DNA of 64,000 nucleotides from a virus. Its lineage: Duplodnaviria > Caudoviricetes. How positions within the stretch are numbered: position 1 is the first letter of the stretch; each line of letters opens with the position of its first letter. Where the stretch lies: positions 1-64,000 of IMG/VR virus record IMGVR_UViG_3300045609_000068. The stretch is one strand, 5' to 3'. Under the pieces are notes generated by a model. It worked only from the letters and a program-made list of their open reading frames with translations, was not told the DNA's origin and did no database searches. Made by a program: the position numbers and the translations under genes. Below, in pieces: positions 19,800-29,627 of this stretch.

Positions 19800-20186
19800 T
19801 CATTTGAATTTCTTGTATTGCTCCCTTACGAACCGCCCGATTGTGAAGGCGCATCTGCTTTCAATCGGGTAAAGGTGATACCACGGCTGTCTGTAAGCAC
19901 GTGACACTCTGCTTTGCTCATCATCCGAAAGCAAGTTCCATGACACGGCATCCATGTAGTGGAGCTGCTCAATGTTTGCAACTCCGTTCTCTGAAACGTG
20001 CCGCAACAATCGGGACAATAACCTAAGTTTTGTGGCGTTTCCCAGTCTGTCGGGCTTTCCGTTCATGATGTCCGTGACGGTCTTGTCCGCCAATTCCTTG
20101 TAAAACTCCGCCATTTCCCTGAACGGAATTTCATTGTTCGCATCAATGTGCTCCTGCACATTGTGGCTTGTTGAATATATCAGCAT
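19800..20186 (-). CDS. Hypothetical early protein
   Basis: ORF from MLIYST. Confidence 0.6.
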   Translation of the reverse strand: MLIYSTSHNVQEHIDANNEIPFREMAEFYKELADKTVTDIMNGKPDRLGNATKLRLLSRLLRHVSENGVANIEQLHYMDAVSWNLLSDDEQSRVSRAYRQPWYHLYPIESRCAFTIGRFVREQYKKFK

Positions 20187-20227
20187 TTTTATTCGTACCT
20201 TGACCAACCAGGCATAGGCTTTAACGA

Positions 20228-20404
20228 TTAATATATCGTGAGCACGTTATGCGCTCCGTTTTCAAAAGTTGATTTGTCCGCCTCGCTGTAACCGAAGACG
20301 GATGCAATCTCATTGAATTTCTCACGGGCGATTTTCACCAGCCCGTCTGCTATCTCCGCGTTAAGAAACAGCGCGAGAGAAAGCATTCTAAAATCCTTCT
20401 CCAT
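20228..20404 (-). CDS. Small hypothetical protein (58 aa, not in ORF track)
   Basis: MEKDFRMLSLALFLNAEIADG...; co-oriented and fills the gap. Confidence 0.5.
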   Translation of the reverse strand: MEKDFRMLSLALFLNAEIADGLVKIAREKFNEIASVFGYSEADKSTFENGAHNVLTIY

Positions 20405-20525
20405 AGCTCATCCTCCGTATCACCCAGTCGGGTCTCTGGGCGATAAATCTATACCCTTGCGCCTCGCTGTAGGTCTTGAACGACCGTACAACATGTCCAA
20501 AGGCGTCTAGGACTATGTATTTCAT
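20388..20525 (-). CDS. Small hypothetical protein (45 aa, not in ORF track)
   Basis: MKYIVLDAFGHVVRSFKTYSEA...PDWVI; ATG overlaps upstream stop. Confidence 0.55.
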   Translation of the reverse strand: MKYIVLDAFGHVVRSFKTYSEAQGYRFIAQRPDWVIRRMSYGEGF

Positions 20526-20917
20526 TTTGCAGGCTTTGCGATGTACATTTTGTATTGGTCAAATGCTGCAAGGTAGTCCTGATACTCGTCTGTCTCTCCG
20601 ATTGTATCATCGAAATTATCGGTGTCTTCGAGAGTTGAAATTGCAGCAATTTTGGTTGACAGATCAGCGTGACCGCTCTGAATTTCACGGGCAATTCTAT
20701 CTGGAAGCACTTCGTACATGCCACCCATATCTTGGCACTCCCATAACACTCTGTCAGCGGCATTATCAAGCGATACCGACGCTTCGTGGAACTGCATTTG
20801 GCTCCACTCTGTAGCACGTTCTTCGCGCTGGGCGTCACTGTCAATGGCATAGATTGCCGTTACACTTGCAACTGAAATTGCTAACACTGTGAATAACTCT
20901 GTCATAATATTCTTCAT
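20522..20917 (-). CDS. Hypothetical protein with N-terminal hydrophobic segment
   Basis: LFTVLAISVASVTAIYAI followed by an acidic domain. Confidence 0.65.
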   Translation of the reverse strand: MKNIMTELFTVLAISVASVTAIYAIDSDAQREERATEWSQMQFHEASVSLDNAADRVLWECQDMGGMYEVLPDRIAREIQSGHADLSTKIAAISTLEDTDNFDDTIGETDEYQDYLAAFDQYKMYIAKPAK

Positions 20918-21286
20918 TTTGTCCAGCGGCTCCCACACGTGAGCGAGCCACAACCTGCGCTATATTGGTTAAATTGTTGTCTGTTACGCCCACTTTGCGC
21001 AATTTGTTCCCTCGAAGTGGTCAAACCTTACATGGCTGGAAACACGTTTCCGTGTCCGTTTTCCCATGCAAGTATTAAAGATAAAACGCTCTGTTTCACG
21101 CCTTTCTCTGGGCGTGAACAATTCAGATGTGCTGCACTCGCAATGATACGAGTGAGATGTCTTTGCCGAGTTGAAACGGCTACCTAATAATCCCTTCATA
21201 ATTTCGTGTTTTTACAACCGCCCCACCGAAGTGGAGCACGCACCGAGCCTGATGTCTGTTTATACTCGCCCGGTCGAGTGTATGTC

Positions 21287-21937
21287 TTATGCAATCTTTG
21301 CAGCAGCCTTTGCAGATGCTTTCTTTGCTAAAGGTGATTTAGCAATAGAGTTTTCACCAACAGTGGCAAATCTCCAAGCACCGTTTTCACGTATCACCTT
21401 TGCCCATGTTGCGGTCTCTGATTTTGGAGTTGTGTTTACCCATGCAACTGCAAGCTCTGAAACAGCCTTTGCGCTTTCGTCAACTTGCTTGAGCGTTGAT
21501 GTCACGTACACGCTTTGTGCCAAGCCCGTGAATAACGTTTTAGCACTCCAGGCGACGTCTGTCTTCGCTTTCTTGTCAACTGCATTGACAATCGGACATA
21601 ATACAAACTGAGCCACAGCTTTGTGAAGACCGTCTTTGTCAGTCGTAAACAAACGGTAATCTTTGTCGTGCAACTTTGCAGTTACGGGAACGTTCTTCGC
21701 AATCTGAAGAACGCCTTCCTTTGTGAGACGTGCCGACCACGCCGTAATAACATCTTTCGCAACTATCTGATTGCGTCTGATATGCACGCCCAGAGTGACA
21801 AAAGCGTCTAATATCGACATATCGCACACCTTGCCTCTCATGCCTGATATCTGCTTACATACCTGAGTCAAAGACTCGGACTTAACGGTTAATTCACGTG
21901 CAATACTAAAAATCTGTTTTTCAGTTAAATTTGTCAT
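21287..21937 (-). CDS. Hypothetical protein, first gene of the leftward arm
   Basis: ORF from MTNLTEK with Ala/Lys-rich C-terminus. Confidence 0.7.
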   Translation of the reverse strand: MTNLTEKQIFSIARELTVKSESLTQVCKQISGMRGKVCDMSILDAFVTLGVHIRRNQIVAKDVITAWSARLTKEGVLQIAKNVPVTAKLHDKDYRLFTTDKDGLHKAVAQFVLCPIVNAVDKKAKTDVAWSAKTLFTGLAQSVYVTSTLKQVDESAKAVSELAVAWVNTTPKSETATWAKVIRENGAWRFATVGENSIAKSPLAKKASAKAAAKIA

Positions 21938-21999
21938 AATTCGTGCCCGTAATGCCGATAGCGCAGCTTTAGTTATTAATTTAAAATTCGTGACTGCAA

Positions 22000-23500
22000 A
22001 CGAAATCAATCATTTGCAGCCTATATGGACAGACGCTTGCCGACGCCACCCGGCAACCCACGTGCATTCGCGTATTTCACACGTCTGTTTAATTCAATTC
22101 AAATTCATTGCTTTTTGTATCGTGCATAGTTCGACTTCCCACATCACGGTCGCCCGCTATATGTTATAATTCAGCCTACTGCACGAGTCCCTCTTTTTGC
22201 CCCTGTACCCACATTTATCCGCATATAGTTGCCCATAGGCGAAATACCACTTATCGCTTTAAGTGGCACGTGTATCATGTTATATCCCCAACCCTGTTAA
22301 ACTCTACCAACACGTGATAACTTATATTAGTTATGATAAGTTGGATAACATCTGCAAACGGTTTTGTGCCCAAATCCCCACCTTTGCACGCAAAATTTCG
22401 TACAGACCGCAAAAGGGCGTGACTGTGATACGAATATCAAAAGCGATAATTTGCAGTGCAATATCAGCATGGAGTTCAAACACGTATGTAAATAAATCAA
22501 AGATTACCAAACGAACGGCGAAACACTCTTGTTTCTTTAAATTTTCTGCTACAAGTATATCCTAGAAAAACAAACTATGTTCGGCTATTTTGAGATTTTT
22601 TTTATTTTTATTTTTGCGTATAATTTAGTATATAATGTACGCGTATATGTATAAAGATAAATGATTGATAATCAATTAGTTACAAAATATGATTTTTCTT
22701 GAAAAAAGTTTGATTTTTATCGAAAATTTCTTGAAAATCGTATAAAAATACTTGAAAGTTATATTTTAGGAATATTTAACGCATAAAATGGAGACAAAGT
22801 GCATAAATGTAAAGAAATTCTTTACACTTTTTGACCTTCAGTTTAAAAGAATATTGATGAATAATAGGTTATGCGCGCACGCACGAATAAGGGGAAAATT
22901 GCTAAATGTATAATTATGGTAAATAAATGTTAACAAATTGACTTATTCTACTTTTGTACAAAGTAAAACAAAGAAAGCGGTAAAAATAGGCTAAAACATT
23001 GATAATCAGGCAAAAAATAAAAAAAGATGGGAGGGTACACGTCGATGGCTGGATTCCCTACACAAAATTTTTCCCGATTTTGGATTTCATTTTTTGGAAT
23101 ATTTCCTATAATTCCTCTTTTTTATCGGCTGTGACACACCGTTTTCAGGACTGTTTACCTCTATATCAGGACTGTTTTTTCGAAAACATCCATGTATTGT
23201 ATTCCTCAGTTGATGGTTTTGTATGTCGTTTCCACAGAAAAAACGTGCCATTTGCTTTGCCTCTGATGCGTTTTATTTCAAAAAACGTGTTTCTGTACGT
23301 CCGCAACATTTAAACGCCTTACAAGCGAACTTTCGGAGCATTCGTTTTGCATAAAAATTCGGATATTCGGATTCTTCCGTATATGGAATGCTGGATATGT
23401 CCCCATATATGTCCATGTAAAATGCGTAAAAAATGCACATATAAATAACCATACGAAAGGAAAACACCTAACTCACTGATAATCAGTGGGGGTCGTTATC
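22000..23500. promoter_or_regulatory. About 1.5-kb mostly non-coding divergence/control region
   Basis: Gene orientation flips here; very AT-rich 22560-23000; three TGATAATCA palindromes (22666, 23000, 23477); no convincing CDS. Confidence 0.6.
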
Positions 23501-23618
23501 TTATATGATAACGGCGTTATCATATAGGATAATAGGATTATCTTATATGATAATTTGTCGGTGCTTTCCGCCTCTTTTTCGGACTATATATATGAGAGGA
23601 AAATATGGAAGAGGTTTT

Positions 23619-24164
23619 ATGGGTGGAAGATTAATCAAGGTCAAGTCCAAGGTGACGGAGAGGAAGACGATGGACCGTGAAAGCGGGTCTCTGCGCGTCG
23701 ATCGCGAGCAGACCATAGAGACGCCAGTCATGGAGGGCTACGTTGACATGAAGCTGCCCGAGAAGTCGTTCTTCAACAACGGGCGTTTCATCACCGTGTT
23801 CGGGGAGGCATTGCAGCGCATTGCGGTGTACGGCGGCCTGAAGGGGGAGGAGTGCCGCCTTCTGCTGTACCTTATCGGGGCTTGCCAGCACGACAATGCG
23901 GTGGGACTTGACCTGAATGTGCTTTCGGAGCTTTTCGGGGTCAGGAAGCCTAACATATCAAGGGCCTTGGGCGGACTCATCCGAAGGAACATCGTCGTGA
24001 AGAGGAACTATTCCAGGCACAAGGGGGAGAGCCTGCCGTTCAACGTGTCGATAAACTACGACCAGATGAACTACAACCTTGCCTACAACGGCAGGATAAA
24101 GGAATACGGGTATAAGAAGTTGCAGCACCCTAAGATAATGCTGGAGGGTACAGAAAAGAAATAA
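23619..24164 (+). CDS. RepL/MarR-like winged-HTH protein
   Basis: LNVLSELFGVRKPNISRALGGLIRRNIV HTH; alternative in-frame start at 23592. Confidence 0.7.
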   Translation: MGGRLIKVKSKVTERKTMDRESGSLRVDREQTIETPVMEGYVDMKLPEKSFFNNGRFITVFGEALQRIAVYGGLKGEECRLLLYLIGACQHDNAVGLDLNVLSELFGVRKPNISRALGGLIRRNIVVKRNYSRHKGESLPFNVSINYDQMNYNLAYNGRIKEYGYKKLQHPKIMLEGTEKK

Positions 24165-24464
24165 GGCGTCTGCATCGCTGCGGTCGCCTTATGTCCGAAA
24201 AATGTTTTAAAATTTCAAAAATAAAAAATCTGTGTGCTTAATTTAAAAATCCATCAGTGAAAAATCAAATATCAGTGTATGAAGTTATTCGTTGTCCAGT
24301 TTCTAAATCGGCAGCGGACGTCGTTTCTAGCGCCGCCACCGATCTGCCAGTGTCACCTGCCTTTGCCCGGTTGAGTAAGTGCCGTGAACCGCAATATCCT
24401 TGCACGTTACGCGCGCTTTTATTATATATAGTCCCTTTACGCATGAAAGGTGACTGAAAAAATG

Positions 24465-25115
24465 TTAATGAGTGTATTTCATCATGTAAGACGGCTTCAT
24501 GTGGTTCTTCTCCGTGATGTCCAGATAGGCCTTGTAAGCAAGCCCGTCCACGAACTCGTTCCACTTGCTGCCGTTGTGCCCCTTGACCCACGAGAACCTG
24601 ACATATCCGAGCTTCGATGCGACTTCGTGGTATTCCCTTATGAGGTCCATGTTCTTCGCGTCGGGCTTTATCTTCGAAGACGGCTTCGTGAACATGAGGA
24701 TGCAATACTGGCTGTCCGTGTTGACCACGACGTTCTCGCCTTCGGGTATGACGGACAGCGCCCTGATGATCGCCAGCATCTCCATCTTGTTGTTCGTCGT
24801 TTTGAGGAACCCCTTCGACTCCTTGTACACCATCTCGCCGTCCATGAGCACCACGAAACCGTAGCCTCCCTGCTTTCCGCCAACGTTGTCGCAGCTTCCG
24901 TCGGTCCATACCTCGTATCTGGAGGACGGGGCCTCGAATGGTTTTTCGGGGAACAGGTTTTCCTGCCTGTTTTCGGACTCTATCTCCCTTTTTCTGATTG
25001 AAACAAGCTCGTTGCAGAGCGAAACGGCCCTCTCTCCGTTCTTTGAAGGCTTGGAAACAAGAAAATGGCGGCGAATTTTTTCGATATTCTGAATCGTTAA
25101 ATCGGTTTTCCCCAT
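24465..25115 (-). CDS. rnhA: Ribonuclease HI with N-terminal extension
   Basis: WTDGSC, TNNKMEMLA, TDSQY, WVKGHNG and NEFVD.LA catalytic motifs. Confidence 0.93.
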   Translation of the reverse strand: MGKTDLTIQNIEKIRRHFLVSKPSKNGERAVSLCNELVSIRKREIESENRQENLFPEKPFEAPSSRYEVWTDGSCDNVGGKQGGYGFVVLMDGEMVYKESKGFLKTTNNKMEMLAIIRALSVIPEGENVVVNTDSQYCILMFTKPSSKIKPDAKNMDLIREYHEVASKLGYVRFSWVKGHNGSKWNEFVDGLAYKAYLDITEKNHMKPSYMMKYTH

Positions 25116-25754
25116 AGATTTTGCATTTTTTACGTTGAAATTTTAAAAAAAATCGAGTTTTTTCTATATAATATATATAGTAATATACTATAGGAGAGTT
25201 ATAAACAGCTAATCAGAGAAGGGTTCTGAGTTGAGCAAACCATCCCCTTACCCGTGAAACGCTTGTTATGTGTTCACGTAATATGGGGATGTTTCGAGCC
25301 GCACGTCGAATGGGACATTCATCTCGCCTTACACCTGCAAAATAGGCTTTGGGATATGGATTTTGGAAAATTTGCTTCCGCACACGCATTCCACTCGCAA
25401 CCTGCGTCTCCCTTTCGTGCATCCCTCCATGGGTTTTCACCACGGAACCTTTGAGGAGTTATTATAGACACCATGAGCCAAACGTATATTCACCGATAAC
25501 TCTCATCATGTCTGTCGCCTTCCTCGCGTTTCGGTGCTGTCACAAGTCTCCTCTGCGCAAATCGGGTTAGGAATCTGACTTCCTATAGGTATATAGTGTC
25601 GGAGTCCGCCGAAAGTGACGGCGTTAACCTTTTTTGTGTTTTGAGGGGGGAACGGAAACTGAAATGCAAAAAGCATAAATAACGTTAACAATCAGAACGT
25701 TACGTGCAAATAACAACTATATTTACACGGATAAAGAAAATAAAAAAAATCAGT

Positions 25755-26165
25755 ATGAGATTGAGAATTTTGATTTTGGCTATGATGTTTTCCGTACCTT
25801 TTGCCATTTTCGCGCAAAGGGTTTCGCTTCCCGACGGTACGGCCGTTTGCAGGGTGAGCGCTTCGGGAACCGTTTCGGACGGAAATGGTGCAACGTGCTG
25901 CAAATTCGCCCGAAACGGTGTGATTTTCGACTCCTGCGGCGATGTAGCTGGCAGGGTGTCAGGTAACGAGGTGAGGGACGGGAACGGCTGCGTAGCCATT
26001 TATTTCAAGGGCGGATGCGTGTTCGACCGTTTCCATGTAAAGATAGGCACGGTTTCGGGCGGAAGGGTGTACGATTCCACAGGACGCCTTATCGGAAGGT
26101 ATTCCAACGTCCGTCCCGTCTATGTCGCCGTAATATTCTTCGCAAGGATATTGGATGTCATTTGA
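25755..26165 (+). CDS. Secreted small beta-repeat protein (beta-flower-like)
   Basis: Signal peptide MRLRILILAMMFSVPFAIFA, then repeated V.D..G..(V/I)G units. Confidence 0.6.
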   Translation: MRLRILILAMMFSVPFAIFAQRVSLPDGTAVCRVSASGTVSDGNGATCCKFARNGVIFDSCGDVAGRVSGNEVRDGNGCVAIYFKGGCVFDRFHVKIGTVSGGRVYDSTGRLIGRYSNVRPVYVAVIFFARILDVI

Positions 26166-26448
26166 CGGCCTTGATTCCGTCCACTGGCTTCCATCCTTTT
26201 TCCTTGAGCAGCTTCTGGAACTTCTCTATGAGATCCACCATGACCGAGTCCGAGACCCGTCCGAGGTGGTAGTATATGCAACCGTCTATGTAGCGGCAGT
26301 CCTTCACGGTCTTTTCCGCTATCCTCATTTCAAGTTTCCCGTTTTCGCCCCTGACCGGCTGCGCCTTGAAGTCGGACAGGCTTGCATCCAGCGCGACTAT
26401 CTTCAGGCCGTCGAATGTCTGGTATTCGAAGTTGATTTTTCTTCCCAT
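26158..26448 (-). CDS. Hypothetical protein
   Basis: 96-aa ORF in operon. Confidence 0.65.
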   Translation of the reverse strand: MGRKINFEYQTFDGLKIVALDASLSDFKAQPVRGENGKLEMRIAEKTVKDCRYIDGCIYYHLGRVSDSVMVDLIEKFQKLLKEKGWKPVDGIKAVK

Positions 26449-26455
26449 ATCGTAT

Positions 26456-27001
26456 CTATTTGTAAGTTTCGTCTTCTATAGGATCGCCTGTCACCCTGAA
26501 ATTTGCGTTAACGGCGGCCACTGTTTCCTTCGGTATGTCGGGGATGAAGGTGTCGTAGGACATCTTTCTGAGGGCGATCAGCGCGCCAGCCTTCCATTTT
26601 GCCGACATATCGCTGAGAATCTGCATGATTTTGTAGTTGATGTTACGTACCAATACGCCCCTTTTCTTCCGCTCGGTTATCACGCCCATCCTCCCAAGCC
26701 TGTTGCACACATTGTATACTGTGCCTCTTGAAGAGTCTAGTATTACGGCTATCTCTCCGGTGTCAAGGTAACATGCCGTATGCTCCTTTTCCATCCTCAT
26801 TATCAGATAGAACAGCTTCAGCTCTATCGAGTTCAGATATTCCATCGCGGCGACCGGCATGGGCAGTACTGCCCCCTTCATCTTCACCTCGTTCTCGACG
26901 ACCGGCACGTATTTGTATTTCAGTTTGGGGACGACTATCTCGTCCGACTGGTCGCTGACGGGGAGGTTCGTTTTCAGATTGTCTTCGGTGTTTTTTTTCA
27001 T
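26456..27001 (-). CDS. Winged-HTH DNA-binding protein
   Basis: DTGEIAVILDSSRGTVYNVCNRLGRMGVI. Confidence 0.7.
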   Translation of the reverse strand: MKKNTEDNLKTNLPVSDQSDEIVVPKLKYKYVPVVENEVKMKGAVLPMPVAAMEYLNSIELKLFYLIMRMEKEHTACYLDTGEIAVILDSSRGTVYNVCNRLGRMGVITERKKRGVLVRNINYKIMQILSDMSAKWKAGALIALRKMSYDTFIPDIPKETVAAVNANFRVTGDPIEDETYK

Positions 27002-27381
27002 AATCCGTATATCTCAATTTGAATTATCTTCGATATGTCGCTGCAAACCTGCAATAGCCTTTTCCGCGCCCTGTATATTATCTGCCTTTCGTTGTCGGGG
27101 ACGTGCCCGTCCTGCGTGAAGGCTTTCAGGTACGCCTCGAACTGCCTTGAATCGTGCGATATGAGTTCCAGCTTCTCAGGGACGCTTTCGTTCGGCATCG
27201 CTATCTTGGTGAACTTTTCGAACGGGAACCATGACAGGCTCCCCTCGTCGTCCTTGACCAGGAATCCGTCCTCGCCCTTAGTGAACAGGTCCAGCTTTTT
27301 CCCTATTTCCTTTTCCGCGTCCCCTGACGGCATCCTCTCCGCCATGACCATTCTTGTGACTCTGTATTTCTTCTTTTTCAT
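26998..27381 (-). CDS. Hypothetical protein
   Basis: G..GFLV...G..SW.P..KF pattern; stop overlaps next start. Confidence 0.65.
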   Translation of the reverse strand: MKKKKYRVTRMVMAERMPSGDAEKEIGKKLDLFTKGEDGFLVKDDEGSLSWFPFEKFTKIAMPNESVPEKLELISHDSRQFEAYLKAFTQDGHVPDNERQIIYRARKRLLQVCSDISKIIQIEIYGL

Positions 27382-27988
27382 AATCTGTATAGTTTAATAT
27401 TCTGTTCATGTCCCAATATCCCTTTATCTCGGTCACTATATTCAGGAAGGAAGGGCAGCCGCTAGTGCCCGCTACCCAGTCCGACGGGACCCTGTTGAAG
27501 GGTTCGTTCCCTATTTCCTGACGTATGTCGTACATGTAGCACCTATATCTGTCGTAGCATACACGGTTGCGGCATATTATCTTCCCGACCTTCAGCAGCT
27601 GATACGCCCTCGGTGTGATGAGCCATGCGTCCTGCGGGAAATCGAGCACGAATTTTTCAGGTATCTTTCCGACTAGCCATACGTCGTAGCTTATCTCGAC
27701 CCTTTCGTCCGAATAAAGGAGACGCCATTTTTTCCCGTCCCCTCCCAGATATGTTCCGGGCTGCTTCTTTTCGGCAATCCTGCTCGGGTATATGTCGTAA
27801 TAGCTGCCGCCTATCACATGCCCGTACTTGTGAGGGTTGTCTTTCAGCCACATGAAAAACGCGCATCCGTGGCACAGGCCGAATTTTTCCATATATTCGT
27901 CAACCGTGGAAAGGTCGGAATACGACGGGAAATTCCAGAACTCCCTGCCGCATACCGAACATTTTACCTTTTCCACGACTTGTTCCAT
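27278..27988 (-). CDS. Cys-rich (zinc-binding) hypothetical protein
   Basis: CSVC, CHGC, C.NR.C...Y.C motifs; 3' end overlaps next gene by about 100 nt. Confidence 0.65.
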   Translation of the reverse strand: MEQVVEKVKCSVCGREFWNFPSYSDLSTVDEYMEKFGLCHGCAFFMWLKDNPHKYGHVIGGSYYDIYPSRIAEKKQPGTYLGGDGKKWRLLYSDERVEISYDVWLVGKIPEKFVLDFPQDAWLITPRAYQLLKVGKIICRNRVCYDRYRCYMYDIRQEIGNEPFNRVPSDWVAGTSGCPSFLNIVTEIKGYWDMNRILNYTDYEKEEIQSHKNGHGGEDAVRGRGKGNREKAGPVH

Positions 27989-28579
27989 CTATATAACTAT
28001 CGAATTAAACAGGTTTCCGATTTCATTGTCACGAATCCCTATGTACCGTATCGTAGTCCTTATCGACGTGTGCTTGAACACCTGGTTCAGAAGTATCAGG
28101 GCCTCCTCCTTGCGCCCCATAGACTCGTATACGTATCTTCCGAACGTCTTACGGAACGTATGGCTGGAGAAGTTCCCGATGCTGAGGCTGTATTTTTCCT
28201 TGAACGTCTTCAGGACACGGTTCACGTATTCGCGCGACACCGGGAACCCGTTGGATTTCTTCGTCGAGAATATGTAAGTCCGTCTGTTCGGCCTCCCAAG
28301 CTTCTCGTATGCCGCCTTGACATGCTTTTTCACGCTGTCCCCGATCTCTATGCGCCTTACCTTCTTGGTCTTCTTCTCCTCGACCGTGGCCGAGTCCACT
28401 TCAAGGACGTCGTCCCATACGAGATTCAGCACATCGCTTATCCGAAGGGCCAGCCCGAAAGAAAGCACGCAGTAGAGCGACCATTTGTACTCGCCGTCTA
28501 CCCAGAGGCAGTTGACGAGCCTTCTGTACTCCTCGAAAGAGAGATAATCACTTGTCGTTATCGAACCTTTTGCACTCAT
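27989..28579 (-). CDS. Short tyrosine recombinase (catalytic domain only, 196 aa)
   Basis: LALRISD (R), EKKT (K), SHTFRKTF (HxxR), FKHTS (H), IRYIG (Y); TATATTTG -7 element at 28607-28614. Confidence 0.9.
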   Translation of the reverse strand: MSAKGSITTSDYLSFEEYRRLVNCLWVDGEYKWSLYCVLSFGLALRISDVLNLVWDDVLEVDSATVEEKKTKKVRRIEIGDSVKKHVKAAYEKLGRPNRRTYIFSTKKSNGFPVSREYVNRVLKTFKEKYSLSIGNFSSHTFRKTFGRYVYESMGRKEEALILLNQVFKHTSIRTTIRYIGIRDNEIGNLFNSIVI

Positions 28580-28738
28580 AATGATTTTTGTTATTGATTT
28601 CTTGTGCAAATATAGCCTTTATTGTCTTATGTTGTCATTTTTATCATCATTTATTTAGTTAAATATTGTTATTGCAATGTTTATACCTTATTATAAAAAG
28701 ACTTTTTGACATTATGTTTTGATAAAAGTAAAACAAAA

Positions 28739-29206
28739 TCACTGTTTTTGGCTCTGTTCCTTCCTTGACTCGATAATCTTTTCCAGCACTTCGTTCGGGA
28801 GCCTCGACGATGCCATCATCGCCGCGAATCCGTCGGAGAACGCGGCTCCGTTCGTCGTGAGGTCCGTCATCATCTGGTTGAAGTAAAGGAACACGTCCTT
28901 GCTGACGGACACTAGGAATATGTTCACCAGCGCCGCATTGATCAGCATGTGCCCGTCCTTGTTGACAAAGAACAGGTTGTCAACCTTGGCTTCCCCGGCC
29001 CCGACAAGCGCCTCTATGTTCCTCTTTTCGCAATTAGCAATCAGGTTCATGTCAACCTCGTCCGTCTCGGTCGCGATGAAATAGTTCGTAGCGTCGAACA
29101 CTTCCGTTCCGTTATCCATCTGTCCGAAAAGGACTTCAGGGAAATCGGGTATTTTGCACTTCCCGCATTCCACCTGCGTGTTCAGTTTTGTAGTCTTGTA
29201 GTTCAT
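28739..29206 (-). CDS. Hypothetical protein, weakly KilA-N-like
   Basis: G..VFDAT.YF pattern. Confidence 0.6.
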   Translation of the reverse strand: MNYKTTKLNTQVECGKCKIPDFPEVLFGQMDNGTEVFDATNYFIATETDEVDMNLIANCEKRNIEALVGAGEAKVDNLFFVNKDGHMLINAALVNIFLVSVSKDVFLYFNQMMTDLTTNGAAFSDGFAAMMASSRLPNEVLEKIIESRKEQSQKQ

Positions 29207-29207
29207 G

Positions 29208-29627
29208 TCAGTCTTTTTTGATTTTATCCTTCCACCGTTTCGAATATTTGGTCTGTAGGATATTGAAACGTTGTTTGTATTTCGATTCGGGTATTATTTC
29301 CGAGCGGTTCATGCTCTGCGTCGCGTATATGTTCCAGTCGCGCCCCATTTCCGTGTCGAACTCTATCAGCGTGAGCCTGTTCAGGTCGTCCACATCGACG
29401 ATGAACTCGCCAGGAAGCTCCCTGTAATAGAATTCGTCCGACGCGATAATCTTACCGCTACAGCATTTCTGTAGCAGCTGGTGGCTCCTGTGCATCATAC
29501 GTGAGGCGGCGCTGTACGAATTGTATATGGCCGCCAGTTTCAGATGTTTGTCGAACGCCAGTATCTTTGTCGGATTAGAGAACCTTGCCGCCCTTTCCGC
29601 CCCTTCGTCGAGTTCCTTGTCTTGCAT
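29208..29627 (-). CDS. NUMOD1-like DNA-binding protein
   Basis: ILAFD.....AIYNSYSAASR......LQKCCSGK......YY. Confidence 0.6.
   Translation of the reverse strand: MQDKELDEGAERAARFSNPTKILAFDKHLKLAAIYNSYSAASRMMHRSHQLLQKCCSGKIIASDEFYYRELPGEFIVDVDDLNRLTLIEFDTEMGRDWNIYATQSMNRSEIIPESKYKQRFNILQTKYSKRWKDKIKKD

Noticed and set aside
22664-23488. TGATAATCA sites as Fur boxes
   Set aside because: They match only the central 9 bp of the 19-bp Fur box; the conserved flank is N3-ASTT instead
24265-24909. 214-aa minus-strand ORF overlapping rnhA
   Set aside because: Alternative-frame shadow of RNase H, Arg-rich with no motifs
27278-27400. About 100-nt overlap between the Cys-rich ORF and the next gene as a programmed event
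   Set aside because: No slippery site or structure seen; simple stop loss or a sequencing indel is as likely
29208-29627. Homing endonuclease or group I intron
   Set aside because: NUMOD1-like motif only; no HNH, GIY-YIG or LAGLIDADG motif and no interrupted gene
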